Assembly (NCBI GenBank): GCA_963711565.1
Contig: CAVQEQ010000004.1
Coordinates: forward strand, 160,001-224,000
DNA from: an uncultured delta proteobacterium
Lineage (GTDB): Bacteria; Desulfobacterota; Binatia; Binatales; Binataceae
Direction: 5' to 3'
Length of the DNA stretch: 64,000 nucleotides
Below, in pieces: positions 10,282-19,966 of the stretch (positions are counted from its first letter, which is position 1; each line of letters begins with the position of its first letter). Below the pieces are notes generated by a model. That model did not search any database. It saw nothing but the letters and a program-made list of their open reading frames with translations, and had not been told where the DNA came from. A program made the translations under genes and the position numbers.

Positions 10282-11433
10282 CTGAGCTTCGCGATATAGG
10301 CTCTCATACTCGGTAGCGATCGAATCCCACGAGTACTCCGCTTCGGCTTTGCGCCGTGCTTCGCGCGACAGTGATTCGCACAGCTTGGGGTCCGTTAGCA
10401 GCCGGACCACAGCTTCGGTGAATTTTCCGTCGTCATCGGCGACCATCGCGTCCTGGCCGTCGATCAATGGTGTCCCGGAGAGGCTGCGCGAGGTTGCGAC
10501 GATAGGCGCGCCACTCGCCATCGCCTCGAGAATCTTGTTCTTTACGCCGAGTCCAAATCTGAGCGGACTGGCGTACACGGCCGCGCTCCAGATCCACGGC
10601 CGGATGTCGGCGACCGTCCCCGTCACGTGAACTCCGGGAATCTTCGCCAGGCCTTGAACCCGTGCCGATGGATCCGCGCCGACGATCCAGAATGACGCTG
10701 CGGGAATCCGGCTTCGAACCCCCGGCATGAGATCACGGGCAAAACGCTCCGCCGCATCTTCATTCGGCGGCCAGCTCATGTTGCCGGTGAAGACGATGCG
10801 GCCTGCTTCAGGGGCCGGACGGTGCGCGTAATACTCCAGGTCAATGCCGTAGGGTATCGAGACGATTCGATCCTTGCTGACCGCGCCTGACAGCGCTTCA
10901 GCATCGAAAGGCGATGTGACTACGACTCGATCCGCGTAGCGAAACCATCGGCGCTCGTGGCGACGAGCCAGCATCGAAAGAAGCTTGAGACGAATCCGCT
11001 TTTGCGGCGCGGCGGTAAAGCCGGCGAATTCCTCGAAGCGCAGCGCCTTCGAGTCGTGGACGCTGAGAACCACCGGCACGCCGCGCGAGGCCGAGCGCAG
11101 CAGCGGCGCCAGTCCTCCGCCTTCGAGATGCAGCACGTCGGGGCGAAGATTAGCGACCGCGTCGCCGACGCAGCGAGCCAGCGAAGGATCGGGCGCGCCG
11201 CTTATCGCTCGAATCCTGGCCCGCATGCCGTGGCTGACCGGAAATATTGAAAAGGAGCGGCAATATTCGCGAGCCCACTCCGATTGCTCCTTGCCCTCGC
11301 CTCCATGCGCCAGCGCAATCAGGTGAACCTCGTGATGCTGGGACAGGTTGCGAACCAGGTTTGCAGGTGACACGCGGAAGCCATCATGACTCGGCAGCCA
11401 CGGGATCATCTCGGAGACGAGCAGAATCCTCAT
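10264..11433 (-). CDS. Glycosyltransferase family 4
   Basis: 'FTGNMSWPPN', 'GVKNKILEAMASG'. Confidence 0.9.
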   Translation of the reverse strand: MRILLVSEMIPWLPSHDGFRVSPANLVRNLSQHHEVHLIALAHGGEGKEQSEWAREYCRSFSIFPVSHGMRARIRAISGAPDPSLARCVGDAVANLRPDVLHLEGGGLAPLLRSASRGVPVVLSVHDSKALRFEEFAGFTAAPQKRIRLKLLSMLARRHERRWFRYADRVVVTSPFDAEALSGAVSKDRIVSIPYGIDLEYYAHRPAPEAGRIVFTGNMSWPPNEDAAERFARDLMPGVRSRIPAASFWIVGADPSARVQGLAKIPGVHVTGTVADIRPWIWSAAVYASPLRFGLGVKNKILEAMASGAPIVATSRSLSGTPLIDGQDAMVADDDGKFTEAVVRLLTDPKLCESLSREARRKAEAEYSWDSIATEYESLYREAQSGHQA

Positions 11434-12707
11434 CCGGTACGCAGACGTGGGCGCAAAAGGATGGGTCCCGCAGGCTCAGTCTGAGCGGCTACGGTCTTTC
11501 TGCTCAGCGCGGCGGCGTGCACACAGACCGCGTACATATTGGGCGTGAGCGAGATGAATACCCAGACTTCTTTTACGTACTCGGCCGTCAGAAAAAACTG
11601 CGCCACCATGATGCCGATCAGTCCGATCTGAAATGACAGCGCAAGGCCGGCGATATCCTTGGGCACGCCGGGCAGCTTCCTGGCTCTCCTGCACGTGAGC
11701 AGTGTCACACCCATAATCGCCAAATAGAGCGCCAGCGTGGGAATACCTCCCTCGGCGCCCAACTGTACGTAGGTGTTATGCGCGATATGAGCGTTAGGTT
11801 CGACGACCGCCAGCTTGGGGTTGTAGAGAAATTCGACCGATTTGAATTGGTCCAGCCCTATGCCGAAAACAGGATGAGCCTCCATCATATGCAGCCCTGA
11901 TCGGGCCAGCTCGAGGCGGGCTAACGCGGAGACTTCGGCGCCACCGCCCGTCTGCGCCTGCCCCCTGAGTGGAATCTGCTGGATTCGCTGGATGAATTGA
12001 CCGGGAGAAAGCGCGAACAATACGCCGGTTCCAGCCATGAGTCCCATCGTCAATCGAAACTTATGGCCTGAATTCAGCCACGCGATACCTGCCATCACGA
12101 CCAGCGCAAGGAGACCGCCACGCGATTGCGCAACGAACACCGCGAATGCGAGAAACGGGGCGCAAGCCCGGCCGATCCATCTCCCCAAAGCCCAGTCATC
12201 GTAGAGACTCAACCAGACGGCGAGCGGCACTGTCATGACCAATGAGAGCGCCTCGTAGTTGGGATCCGAAGAAGGGCCGATCGGCCTTATCCAATGATAA
12301 ATGTAGTACTGCTTGTACAGCCAGGTAGCGGCAAACGATTCGACCAGCACTAGCACTCGAACAGTCATGCGCAATCTGCGCTGAGTACTGACGAGAAGAC
12401 TTGTCGCCACTATCAGGATCGCAAAGGAAACCAGGGTCGATGCGTCGTCGCCGGGAAAAGCCACGTAAGACAGTGTCGTCCCGAGAAGCTGGAACAGCGC
12501 AAACGCGGTAAACAGCAGCAGTACTGTCGCGCTTGGCCGTGGCGCCGCATCCCGCGGCCGCGGCAGCAGCAACGCGGCGGCGAGCAGGGGAACTCCCACC
12601 AATTTGATGGGCGTGATGGGAAACGTCCCAACGTGAAAAAGCTGCGCCCCCAGGATCGGATGCTCCTGAAAAGGAACCAGAAACAGAAATAAAAAGTAGA
12701 GAGTCAC
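11430..12707 (-). CDS. O-antigen ligase/Wzy-like polysaccharide polymerase
   Basis: Polytopic membrane protein with 'DPNY', 'SRGGLL', 'HPVFGIG', 'AHNTYVQLGAEGG'. Confidence 0.82.
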   Translation of the reverse strand: MTLYFLFLFLVPFQEHPILGAQLFHVGTFPITPIKLVGVPLLAAALLLPRPRDAAPRPSATVLLLFTAFALFQLLGTTLSYVAFPGDDASTLVSFAILIVATSLLVSTQRRLRMTVRVLVLVESFAATWLYKQYYIYHWIRPIGPSSDPNYEALSLVMTVPLAVWLSLYDDWALGRWIGRACAPFLAFAVFVAQSRGGLLALVVMAGIAWLNSGHKFRLTMGLMAGTGVLFALSPGQFIQRIQQIPLRGQAQTGGGAEVSALARLELARSGLHMMEAHPVFGIGLDQFKSVEFLYNPKLAVVEPNAHIAHNTYVQLGAEGGIPTLALYLAIMGVTLLTCRRARKLPGVPKDIAGLALSFQIGLIGIMVAQFFLTAEYVKEVWVFISLTPNMYAVCVHAAALSRKTVAAQTEPAGPILLRPRLRTG

Positions 12708-12740
12708 CGCGCTGAGTCCATCTCCCTCGTCAAGCGAACT

Positions 12741-13664
12741 TCACATGATTCTCGCGCGGAGGTGTTTCTGAATTCTTCCAAATAACGGCACCCGCTCCGA
12801 CCGGATCTCGCGCACATGCCGCAGCGAATCCGCATCGAGATTGCGGCGGTCCATTTGCGACAGCCCGCGCATCCCGTCCACGCATCCGCGCAGATACGCG
12901 GGAACCTGCATAGCGCGCAAAGAAAAAAACGCCATCGTGGCCAGATACGCAACCGCGCGCGGAATCGCCATCGACGCCGGAAACGAACGATAGATCACCC
13001 AGATTCCGTTTCGAGTGTAGTAGTAGTACACCCGCCAATTCGGGCGATGCTCCATCGCTGCGTGATGCGTCGTCGATACGCACGGCGTGTGCAACACCCG
13101 GTAGCCGCCGCCGATCAGTCGATAGCTGAGATCGACGCCCTCATGGCCGAGAAAGAATTCGGCCGGGTAACCACCCACCGACAGAACCTTTTCGCGGTCG
13201 AGCGCGCTCGCTCCCTCGAGAATGAAGTGGGTCTCAAACTCCCGCGACGCGTGCGAGATTGGCCGCGGATGACACCAGTCGCGCTCCAGTACCTTGCCAT
13301 CAAGCCCGGTGACCGTGAAGTTCAGGCACGCCAGCCGCAAGTCGCGCGCAAATGCGGATTCCACTTCCGCTATGCAGTTGGGACTCGACAGTTCCACGTC
13401 GTCATCGAGTGTAATCACGATTGGCGTGCCGGCCGCGCGCAGCCCGATATTGCGGCCCTCGCACCCGGCGTTGGAGGGCGCGGCGATATAGCGCACATTG
13501 GGGTATTCGGCCGCCAGCAGGCTCTTGAGTTCCGGCTCAGCAGCGTTGTCAACCACAATAATCTCGGCCACCTGGTCCGCGTACGGAAGCACCGATGCCA
13601 GCGAGCGCTTGAGATGTTGATGGCGCTTGTAAGTGAGGATCGAAATGGTGACCGCGCGACTCAT
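12741..13664 (-). CDS. Glycosyltransferase family 2
   Basis: 'IIVVDN', 'GRNIG', 'LDDD', 'GGY..EFFLGHEGVDL'. Confidence 0.9.
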   Translation of the reverse strand: MSRAVTISILTYKRHQHLKRSLASVLPYADQVAEIIVVDNAAEPELKSLLAAEYPNVRYIAAPSNAGCEGRNIGLRAAGTPIVITLDDDVELSSPNCIAEVESAFARDLRLACLNFTVTGLDGKVLERDWCHPRPISHASREFETHFILEGASALDREKVLSVGGYPAEFFLGHEGVDLSYRLIGGGYRVLHTPCVSTTHHAAMEHRPNWRVYYYYTRNGIWVIYRSFPASMAIPRAVAYLATMAFFSLRAMQVPAYLRGCVDGMRGLSQMDRRNLDADSLRHVREIRSERVPLFGRIQKHLRARIM

Positions 13665-14914
13665 GCGGCAGCAAACCTCAAATGCCTCTCCCAGGCTCCG
13701 ATCGTGGCGCGTGTGAGCAGCCGTCTGCAGTCCGACGTGTCAGCTACCTCCACAGCCAGACCCCGGCAAAGCTCGGCCGCCATCTCGGTTCCGCGGCCTT
13801 TCTCCGAGCCGATCTCGTCCCAGAAGAAATCGATCACGCAGCCCGTGCCGTAAATCAGAGTCGCGAGCGAACCGACCCGCGCCGCGGCAAGCATCGCGCG
13901 CGGTCCCAACTGCCGCAATCCCGAAGGCTGCCGCAATACTCGCACCCAGTCACGCAGACGCTGCGCGGCCGTTTCGAGACTGCTCAGCCGAGCGAAGATC
14001 CCGCGCCAATCCCGTGTATCCACAATTGTGCCGGACAGTTGCTCGCTTTCCCAATTCCACGTCGCGCGCGCGATCTCAACGGCTTCGCCGAATTCGCAGG
14101 CGAGATCACCGGACGGGAATCCCGTCTGGCAGAGCTTTTGAGCCATCGCATTATGAAAGCGCGAGATCAGCCGGCCGCTCATCTCGGCTCCCAAAATCTC
14201 AGGATGCGCGCGCAGCGCGTCCTCGAACGGCTTTTGCCTGCTCTGATAACCCGGCCGATAGCATCCCAGAAAAACCGACAACGAAGTTCCCAGGTCGATC
14301 CAGAATTTGGCTAGCGAGTAGGCAACCGCGATGCTGTCGCTGGTACGGTCCGAATACTCGGTACGTACCGCAATTTGTTCGATGATACGGTTGTTCAGCA
14401 ACCGAAACGCATCGTGTTTGGAGATTGCCCTTCCGCCTGCCGGCTCGTGGGGAACCGGAATCGCGGCGGGATCGCCGCACAGCAGCTTCGAATGCTCGCA
14501 TAGCTCCTGCGTAAAGATGGTAGGACGTAGTCGCAGCATCCCTTCGGGTAAAATCGCGCGCAATTCCACCTTGATTCCGCGCGCCGCATTGCCGCAATCG
14601 GAATTGGACTCGCGCTCGACCTGCCGCAACGAACGATCGATCTCCTGCTTTGGGACGATGCCGCCGCGAACCACCACCAGGCACTCGACATCGCTCAACC
14701 ATCGGCTTTTGTTTTGCGGATGAGGGATTACGGTTCCCTCGCCCCGTGCGAAACTTCCCGTCAGCAGAACGCCGGCGACGCACGGCGCGGCAGCGGATTC
14801 GCGGACGCGACCCAGCAGCCGTTCCAATTCGCGACGCACCTCATCTTGAAACGCCGGGTTGGCGCTGAGCGGGAACGATCCAGGCGGGCTCAGGCTGAAC
14901 GCGCCGTCGGTCAT
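13661..14914 (-). CDS. Nucleotidyltransferase-fold protein of unknown function
   Basis: Pol-beta-like motif 'LLTGSFARGEG...SDVECLVV'. ATGA overlaps with both neighbours. Confidence 0.6.
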   Translation of the reverse strand: MTDGAFSLSPPGSFPLSANPAFQDEVRRELERLLGRVRESAAAPCVAGVLLTGSFARGEGTVIPHPQNKSRWLSDVECLVVVRGGIVPKQEIDRSLRQVERESNSDCGNAARGIKVELRAILPEGMLRLRPTIFTQELCEHSKLLCGDPAAIPVPHEPAGGRAISKHDAFRLLNNRIIEQIAVRTEYSDRTSDSIAVAYSLAKFWIDLGTSLSVFLGCYRPGYQSRQKPFEDALRAHPEILGAEMSGRLISRFHNAMAQKLCQTGFPSGDLACEFGEAVEIARATWNWESEQLSGTIVDTRDWRGIFARLSSLETAAQRLRDWVRVLRQPSGLRQLGPRAMLAAARVGSLATLIYGTGCVIDFFWDEIGSEKGRGTEMAAELCRGLAVEVADTSDCRRLLTRATIGAWERHLRFAAA

Positions 14915-17211
14915 TCTCTCACATCAGGATCCGAGTATTTCGAGTACTTTGAATATTTCGAGTATTTCCCGTAGCGTCCGTATCTGCCGTAACGTCCATA
15001 GCGGCCATAACGCTCGCTGCGCACCGTCGACAACGAAGGCTTGAACCGGTTCAGCACAACCCCGAACAGACTCTGAGGATCGAACATCATAAACGTCTTG
15101 GTGGTCGCGGCGCGGGCAGTGCTGTCGGCCGCCGTCACCACGATTGTGCCATCCCCGCCCCGTGCGAGGATCTGCGCATCGGGAACCAGCAAGGCCGGCG
15201 GAGTGTCGATTATGATGTACTGGTAGGCCGTACTTTTCCGCATCGTTTCCATCAGCAGGTCCATTCTGGTGGAAGCCAGGTATTCCGGTGCACGATTGCT
15301 GGTTCCGCCCGAGGGCATCAGGCTTAGGCCTGGCACCGGGGTCGGCAGAATGGTGGAAGCGAGCTCCACGCTTCCCTGCAGATATCCGAGCAGTCCGTCC
15401 ACCTTCGGCACCGGGAATGCGTAATGCTGAAATGGCGCCCGGATATCGGCGTCGATCAGCAGAGCGCCGCTGCCCGATACTGCCAGCGCGGCCGCCAGAT
15501 TGAGCGCGACGAAACTCTTCCCCTCGCCGCCCACAGCGCTCGCCACGACGAATACCTTGGCCCGGTCGTGCTGGGCCGCCCACGATCTAAGCTTGAAGGC
15601 GAGCAGCTGGAACTCGTCAGCCGCGGTAGTGACCATATCTTCTCCAGCCGCCACCAGGGGCGGTGCCGGATAGCGCTGGGCGAACCTTGCGGCGCGGCCC
15701 GTTAGCGGCACCAGACTTCCATTGGTGACAGCCTGACTTGCTGAGTCGCCGTTGGTGGATTGCTCGGGTCCGATTCCCCCTGAGTCGCTCGTGGCTCCGT
15801 TTTCCGGCAGCGCGATCGGAGCCTCCGCCGCGTTCACGTCGATAAGGCGCTCGACTTCCGGTACCCGCGAGATCGCAATTGCGTTAACGTCGGCAAACTC
15901 GGCCTTGATGTCATCGGAGTCTTTGAACGATGTATCGGTGTAGAACAGCCCGAACGGGATTGCCAGCGCAATTAATAATGTCAGGGCAACCCCGCCGCCT
16001 ATCAGCGCCAGGCGATTCGGGAACGACGGATTCAACGGCAGCCCGCCAGGCTGCATCACCTTCAAGCGCTCTCCCTGGCCGCGTTCCAACACTTCCTCGT
16101 CGGCAGTGGCCTGGAACAGAAGATTGCTCAGGTCGTGATAGCGGCTCGACAGGATTGCGTAATCACGGTTCACCGCCGCAACCGCTTCCTCATGCGATGG
16201 CGTATCCGCGATTCTGTGCTGATAGTCGGCGATTTGCTGCTGGATCTGGCTAGCCGCCGAACCGGAGCCATGGGACGATGACGATTGCGCCCTGACGGGG
16301 TTCGCAATCTCCTTCTCCAGGACTTCGATCTGCGATTTTGTCTCGATAACCTCCGGATACTCGTTGCTGTACTGGGCGGTTAGAGCAACCAGCTTGGTCT
16401 TGAGCGCCGCCAGGGCAGCTTCGGGCGTGTTTGCTCGTGGCCCCACCGAGGCGACGGTTCCATCCGTCGCGTCAGTCTTTGCCTCGCCCGAGGCCGTTCG
16501 CTCGACCTGCATCTGAAGCGCCTCGAGCGCCCTGACATTGTCGTCGAGGTCTTGCGGCAGGCTGCCGCGATATTTTTCCTTCAATACTTTGATCTGAGCC
16601 TGACTCTCAGCCAGCTTGCCTCGAGTTTCGTCCACTTCACTCGAAATCAGCTTGATCGTCTCCGCGTTGTGGCGCTCGAGTTCCTTGCGGTACTCGTCGA
16701 TCATTATGTTGCCCAAATCGTTAGCCACCGCCTGCGCTTTGGCCGGATCGGTGTATTCGTACGAAATCTCCACCGCGTCGGGCGGGAGACTTCTCTGAAA
16801 GCGATTCGGGGTCTTTGACTGCAACACTGCGTCAGGAATCGTGATCGTTATGGCCCCGGCCATTTCGCCGGCCGCGCCCGGCTGGGGCTTGCCGTTGCGT
16901 AGATACAGGTCGTGCTTCGCTATCAGTTCCTGAAGATGGCCGCGTGCGATGGTCTCCTCGCTGAGTGCCTCCAGGCGCGATTCAATATGACTGACGTTGG
17001 CGTTGTTTTGCGGTTCGGCGCCGATGAGGGAAGGCTGAACATCGGAATGCCAGACCTCCAGCATGACTGATGAGGTGTATTGCTTCGGGATAAGAAACAG
17101 CGACAACCCGGTGAGAATAAGGCCCACCACGATCGTGATAAAGAAGCTCCTACGATGGCGGTAGATAATGTCCCAGTACGGGCCGACGCTGATGAAGGTC
17201 TGATTACTCAT
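14911..17211 (-). CDS. wzc: Polysaccharide co-polymerase/BY tyrosine kinase
   Basis: Two TM segments and a periplasmic coiled coil ('YSNEYPEV'). Walker A 'GGEGKS', A' 'LLIDAD', B 'IIIDTPP', C-terminal Tyr cluster. ATG 17211 overlaps the upstream stop. Confidence 0.92.
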   Translation of the reverse strand: MSNQTFISVGPYWDIIYRHRRSFFITIVVGLILTGLSLFLIPKQYTSSVMLEVWHSDVQPSLIGAEPQNNANVSHIESRLEALSEETIARGHLQELIAKHDLYLRNGKPQPGAAGEMAGAITITIPDAVLQSKTPNRFQRSLPPDAVEISYEYTDPAKAQAVANDLGNIMIDEYRKELERHNAETIKLISSEVDETRGKLAESQAQIKVLKEKYRGSLPQDLDDNVRALEALQMQVERTASGEAKTDATDGTVASVGPRANTPEAALAALKTKLVALTAQYSNEYPEVIETKSQIEVLEKEIANPVRAQSSSSHGSGSAASQIQQQIADYQHRIADTPSHEEAVAAVNRDYAILSSRYHDLSNLLFQATADEEVLERGQGERLKVMQPGGLPLNPSFPNRLALIGGGVALTLLIALAIPFGLFYTDTSFKDSDDIKAEFADVNAIAISRVPEVERLIDVNAAEAPIALPENGATSDSGGIGPEQSTNGDSASQAVTNGSLVPLTGRAARFAQRYPAPPLVAAGEDMVTTAADEFQLLAFKLRSWAAQHDRAKVFVVASAVGGEGKSFVALNLAAALAVSGSGALLIDADIRAPFQHYAFPVPKVDGLLGYLQGSVELASTILPTPVPGLSLMPSGGTSNRAPEYLASTRMDLLMETMRKSTAYQYIIIDTPPALLVPDAQILARGGDGTIVVTAADSTARAATTKTFMMFDPQSLFGVVLNRFKPSLSTVRSERYGRYGRYGRYGRYGKYSKYSKYSKYSDPDVRE

Positions 17212-18452
17212 TGCCAACTCCATCTAAACGCTTCGACCGCAACCGTGAATCCGATGATGTAGTAATCGCCGACCGCTTCCTTTCCATTCTGGAAGGCGGT
17301 GGGGAAAAGATTTTCATTGGAACTGGTCTCATCCACGCGAATCTGAACGAAGCGGGCGTAAACGCTCGCGTATTGATTCACGCGTTGGGTCAGGCCGACT
17401 CCCCAGGAAACGAGGTCCGCGTTGAACCCGGTTCCCGACGAATTGTAAAACGCGCCGCCCGCATATCCTGTCAGCCGCTGCGTGATGTCGTAGGTCAGCC
17501 TGCCTCTCACGCCTCGAATTACGCCGAGGCCCCCACCAGCGGTTACCAGATCCGGTTCCTGACCGCCCCAGACGCTAAGATGTCCGCGATAGAAGTTGTA
17601 TTCAATCTGCCCGATGCCGGCGAAATTTTCCTTCTCACCCATGCCCTGGGTATGGTTGATAACGACGCCCGCAGTGCCGGAAAGATAGAGGTTTTTCGTC
17701 GGGTACCAGTTGGCAAGGGCAAAGGGCCAGTGGGCCTGTGCGTCGGCTGTCCCGGGATGGGTGAACTGGAAATCATAATATCGGTATCCTGCACCCAGCG
17801 CGAAGCGATCATTGAAATGGTACTCGGTCGTGCCGCTCGCGCCCTGGCCGTAGGTGGTATAACCGGTGCCGGTGCTGTTGTTGTCGCCATTGGCCCAAAA
17901 GGTCGTTTGATGAACGCTGAACTCGCTGGTCCAGCCGCGTCCCCAGGCGTGCGTCAACACCGCACTGAAGTGATTGACCGACGCGTTAAAATTCACCAGC
18001 AACAACTGCGTCAGGGTCGTGTTGAATGCCGGGGACTGATCGCTGGTAGTGACGGCCGTCTCGGTGGGCGCATCGCGATAAAAGAAATCGTAGAAGCGGA
18101 GGTGGGTCGTTGGCGAGATATTTTCGTCGTCGCTCGCGCTGACAGATTGTCCTTCCCCAGCTCGATCGAACTGAGTTCGATGCAGGAATAGCTGCGCGAA
18201 GGTATCGTAATGCAGAGACGCGTATCGGGCCTCCGACGTGTAGTCCAGAAAAAATCCGGCAACCATCGTCGTCCCGAAATCGCCGATCTCATTGTTGGAC
18301 CGGAGCCCGATGTTGTCGCCGTAGAATCCGTTTGCCTGGAATTCCGGAAAGAGGCGGAACAAATTGTCCGCATGCCCCATTCCCGGAACGGCCAGGATTA
18401 AGACCGCTGCCACTAGTAAGATGCCTGGATGATTTTTGATTCTCATGATCAT
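17208..18452 (-). CDS. Outer-membrane beta-barrel protein of the polysaccharide export system
   Basis: Signal peptide 'GMGHA'; alternating aromatic/hydrophobic strands; C-terminal 'FRWSWQ'; lies between OPX and Wzc. Confidence 0.72.
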   Translation of the reverse strand: MIMRIKNHPGILLVAAVLILAVPGMGHADNLFRLFPEFQANGFYGDNIGLRSNNEIGDFGTTMVAGFFLDYTSEARYASLHYDTFAQLFLHRTQFDRAGEGQSVSASDDENISPTTHLRFYDFFYRDAPTETAVTTSDQSPAFNTTLTQLLLVNFNASVNHFSAVLTHAWGRGWTSEFSVHQTTFWANGDNNSTGTGYTTYGQGASGTTEYHFNDRFALGAGYRYYDFQFTHPGTADAQAHWPFALANWYPTKNLYLSGTAGVVINHTQGMGEKENFAGIGQIEYNFYRGHLSVWGGQEPDLVTAGGGLGVIRGVRGRLTYDITQRLTGYAGGAFYNSSGTGFNADLVSWGVGLTQRVNQYASVYARFVQIRVDETSSNENLFPTAFQNGKEAVGDYYIIGFTVAVEAFRWSWQ

Positions 18453-19093
18453 GGCACTGACACCGTGTCTCCGGGTTCCACCGGGACATCCGCTGATACG
18501 TCCCCACCAGATCGCACCACGTTATAGTTGACCGTGAGCACGACCGTCTCGTCTTCCTTATGGCGCAGAATCCTTATCTTCCCCGCATCCGCGTATTCGC
18601 CCAGTCCGCCTGCCTCTGCCAGCGCCTGCGAAAGCACCTCGCCCGAGTGAAGCTTGTAGGCGCCCGGCTTGTTCACCTGACCCAGCACGTAAAACACGTG
18701 GCTGGCCGGATCGCTTACCCGCACCGTAGCATTCGCCCCGTTAACATAGCGAGTGTAGCGCTTCTCGAGGTCCACCTTGAGTTGATCCGGCGTAAGGCCG
18801 GCCGCGGGTACCCTCCCGATCAGCGGCATCGCTATAGTTCCGTCGGACGCCACGATCACCTTCCCGCTGAGCTGCGGCTGGTTCCAGACAACTATTTCGA
18901 GTTCGTCATCGCTGCCGATCACATAGGGGTCAACACTCTTTTCCGCCGCGCGCGGCACTATTTTTTCCCGCACCGGCGTACCGTCGAACAAACTGCACGA
19001 AGCCATCGACATCGAAATCGCGACCGCCAGCAAAACTCTAATACCCACTCGTGCGAAGTCCCGCGCCAACTCAATACTGCCAATTCTCATCAA
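18449..19093 (-). CDS. wza: Short OPX polysaccharide export lipoprotein
   Basis: Lipobox 'MASC'; Poly_export motifs 'YVIGSDDELEI', 'DGTIAMPLIG', 'AAGLT'; SLBB 'VLGQVNKPG'. No C-terminal TM helix. Confidence 0.9.
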   Translation of the reverse strand: MMRIGSIELARDFARVGIRVLLAVAISMSMASCSLFDGTPVREKIVPRAAEKSVDPYVIGSDDELEIVVWNQPQLSGKVIVASDGTIAMPLIGRVPAAGLTPDQLKVDLEKRYTRYVNGANATVRVSDPASHVFYVLGQVNKPGAYKLHSGEVLSQALAEAGGLGEYADAGKIRILRHKEDETVVLTVNYNVVRSGGDVSADVPVEPGDTVSVP

Positions 19094-19950
19094 CTTATTT
19101 TTCCAGCCGCACCTTTTATAGTCGTTCTGCCGCGCGCGATCATCAGCCGATCGGCTACTACCGTAAGCCGGTTCTTGTATCTTTTTATCACCGGCCCTGC
19201 AGAATTTGCCTCGTCGTCCAACGGGCTCTGCATCCGGTCGAATCTATGTTCCTGAGAATCCCAACCCTTCAATAGAAGATACTGCTTACCGCGCCGCTGA
19301 ACCAGACCACGCTCCTCCATTTCGTTCAAAAGACGGCTGACCAGCGGTCGCGAACTCGCAATCATCTCCGCGAGATCCGCCTGCGACAACTCCGGAATTA
19401 TCAGCGTGCCGCGGTTGTCATGAACACCCACACGCCGGCCCAAGTCGCTCAACACGAGTTCTAGCCGCTGCTGAAAGGGCAAGCCGAGAAAGCTGGTCCA
19501 CCAATGCAGAGTCAGCGACCAGAACGAATTAAGCGTTTGATAGAGCTCGATAGTCTGATCCGGCTCAAGCGAGCGCAGCAGCCGCACCGCGCGTTCCCGC
19601 GTGAACAGCGCAATCGAACATTTGGTCAGCGCTTGCGTCTCAAATATTTTTGACCGCCGGCCCTTGCCGTCCTCGGCATCGGCGTAACCGATTATGTCGC
19701 CCGGCCCCGACAACCGCGCCAGTACGCGCGCTCCGTTGGCCGTGTTGCAGTAAACTTTTACGTAGCCGGCCAGCACGCAGCCGAAAAGATCGCCCGGCGA
19801 TCCTTCCAGGAAAACCATCGCGCCGCGCGGGTAGCTGACCGCGCTTCGATGATCGACCAGATCTTCGATGATGGCGTTCGGCACGCGCCACTGGCTGAAA
19901 TTTCCACGCAGCCGGGCGTAGCCTTCCTCGCATACGGCGCCGTTCGCCAT
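19090..19950 (-). CDS. Crp/Fnr-family transcriptional regulator (paralog 1)
   Basis: cNMP-like domain 'VFLEGSPGD..GYVKV'; HTH 'LSQADLAEMIASSRPLVSRLL'. Confidence 0.87.
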   Translation of the reverse strand: MANGAVCEEGYARLRGNFSQWRVPNAIIEDLVDHRSAVSYPRGAMVFLEGSPGDLFGCVLAGYVKVYCNTANGARVLARLSGPGDIIGYADAEDGKGRRSKIFETQALTKCSIALFTRERAVRLLRSLEPDQTIELYQTLNSFWSLTLHWWTSFLGLPFQQRLELVLSDLGRRVGVHDNRGTLIIPELSQADLAEMIASSRPLVSRLLNEMEERGLVQRRGKQYLLLKGWDSQEHRFDRMQSPLDDEANSAGPVIKRYKNRLTVVADRLMIARGRTTIKGAAGKIS

Positions 19951-19966
19951 TACCCGTTCCTCCGTC

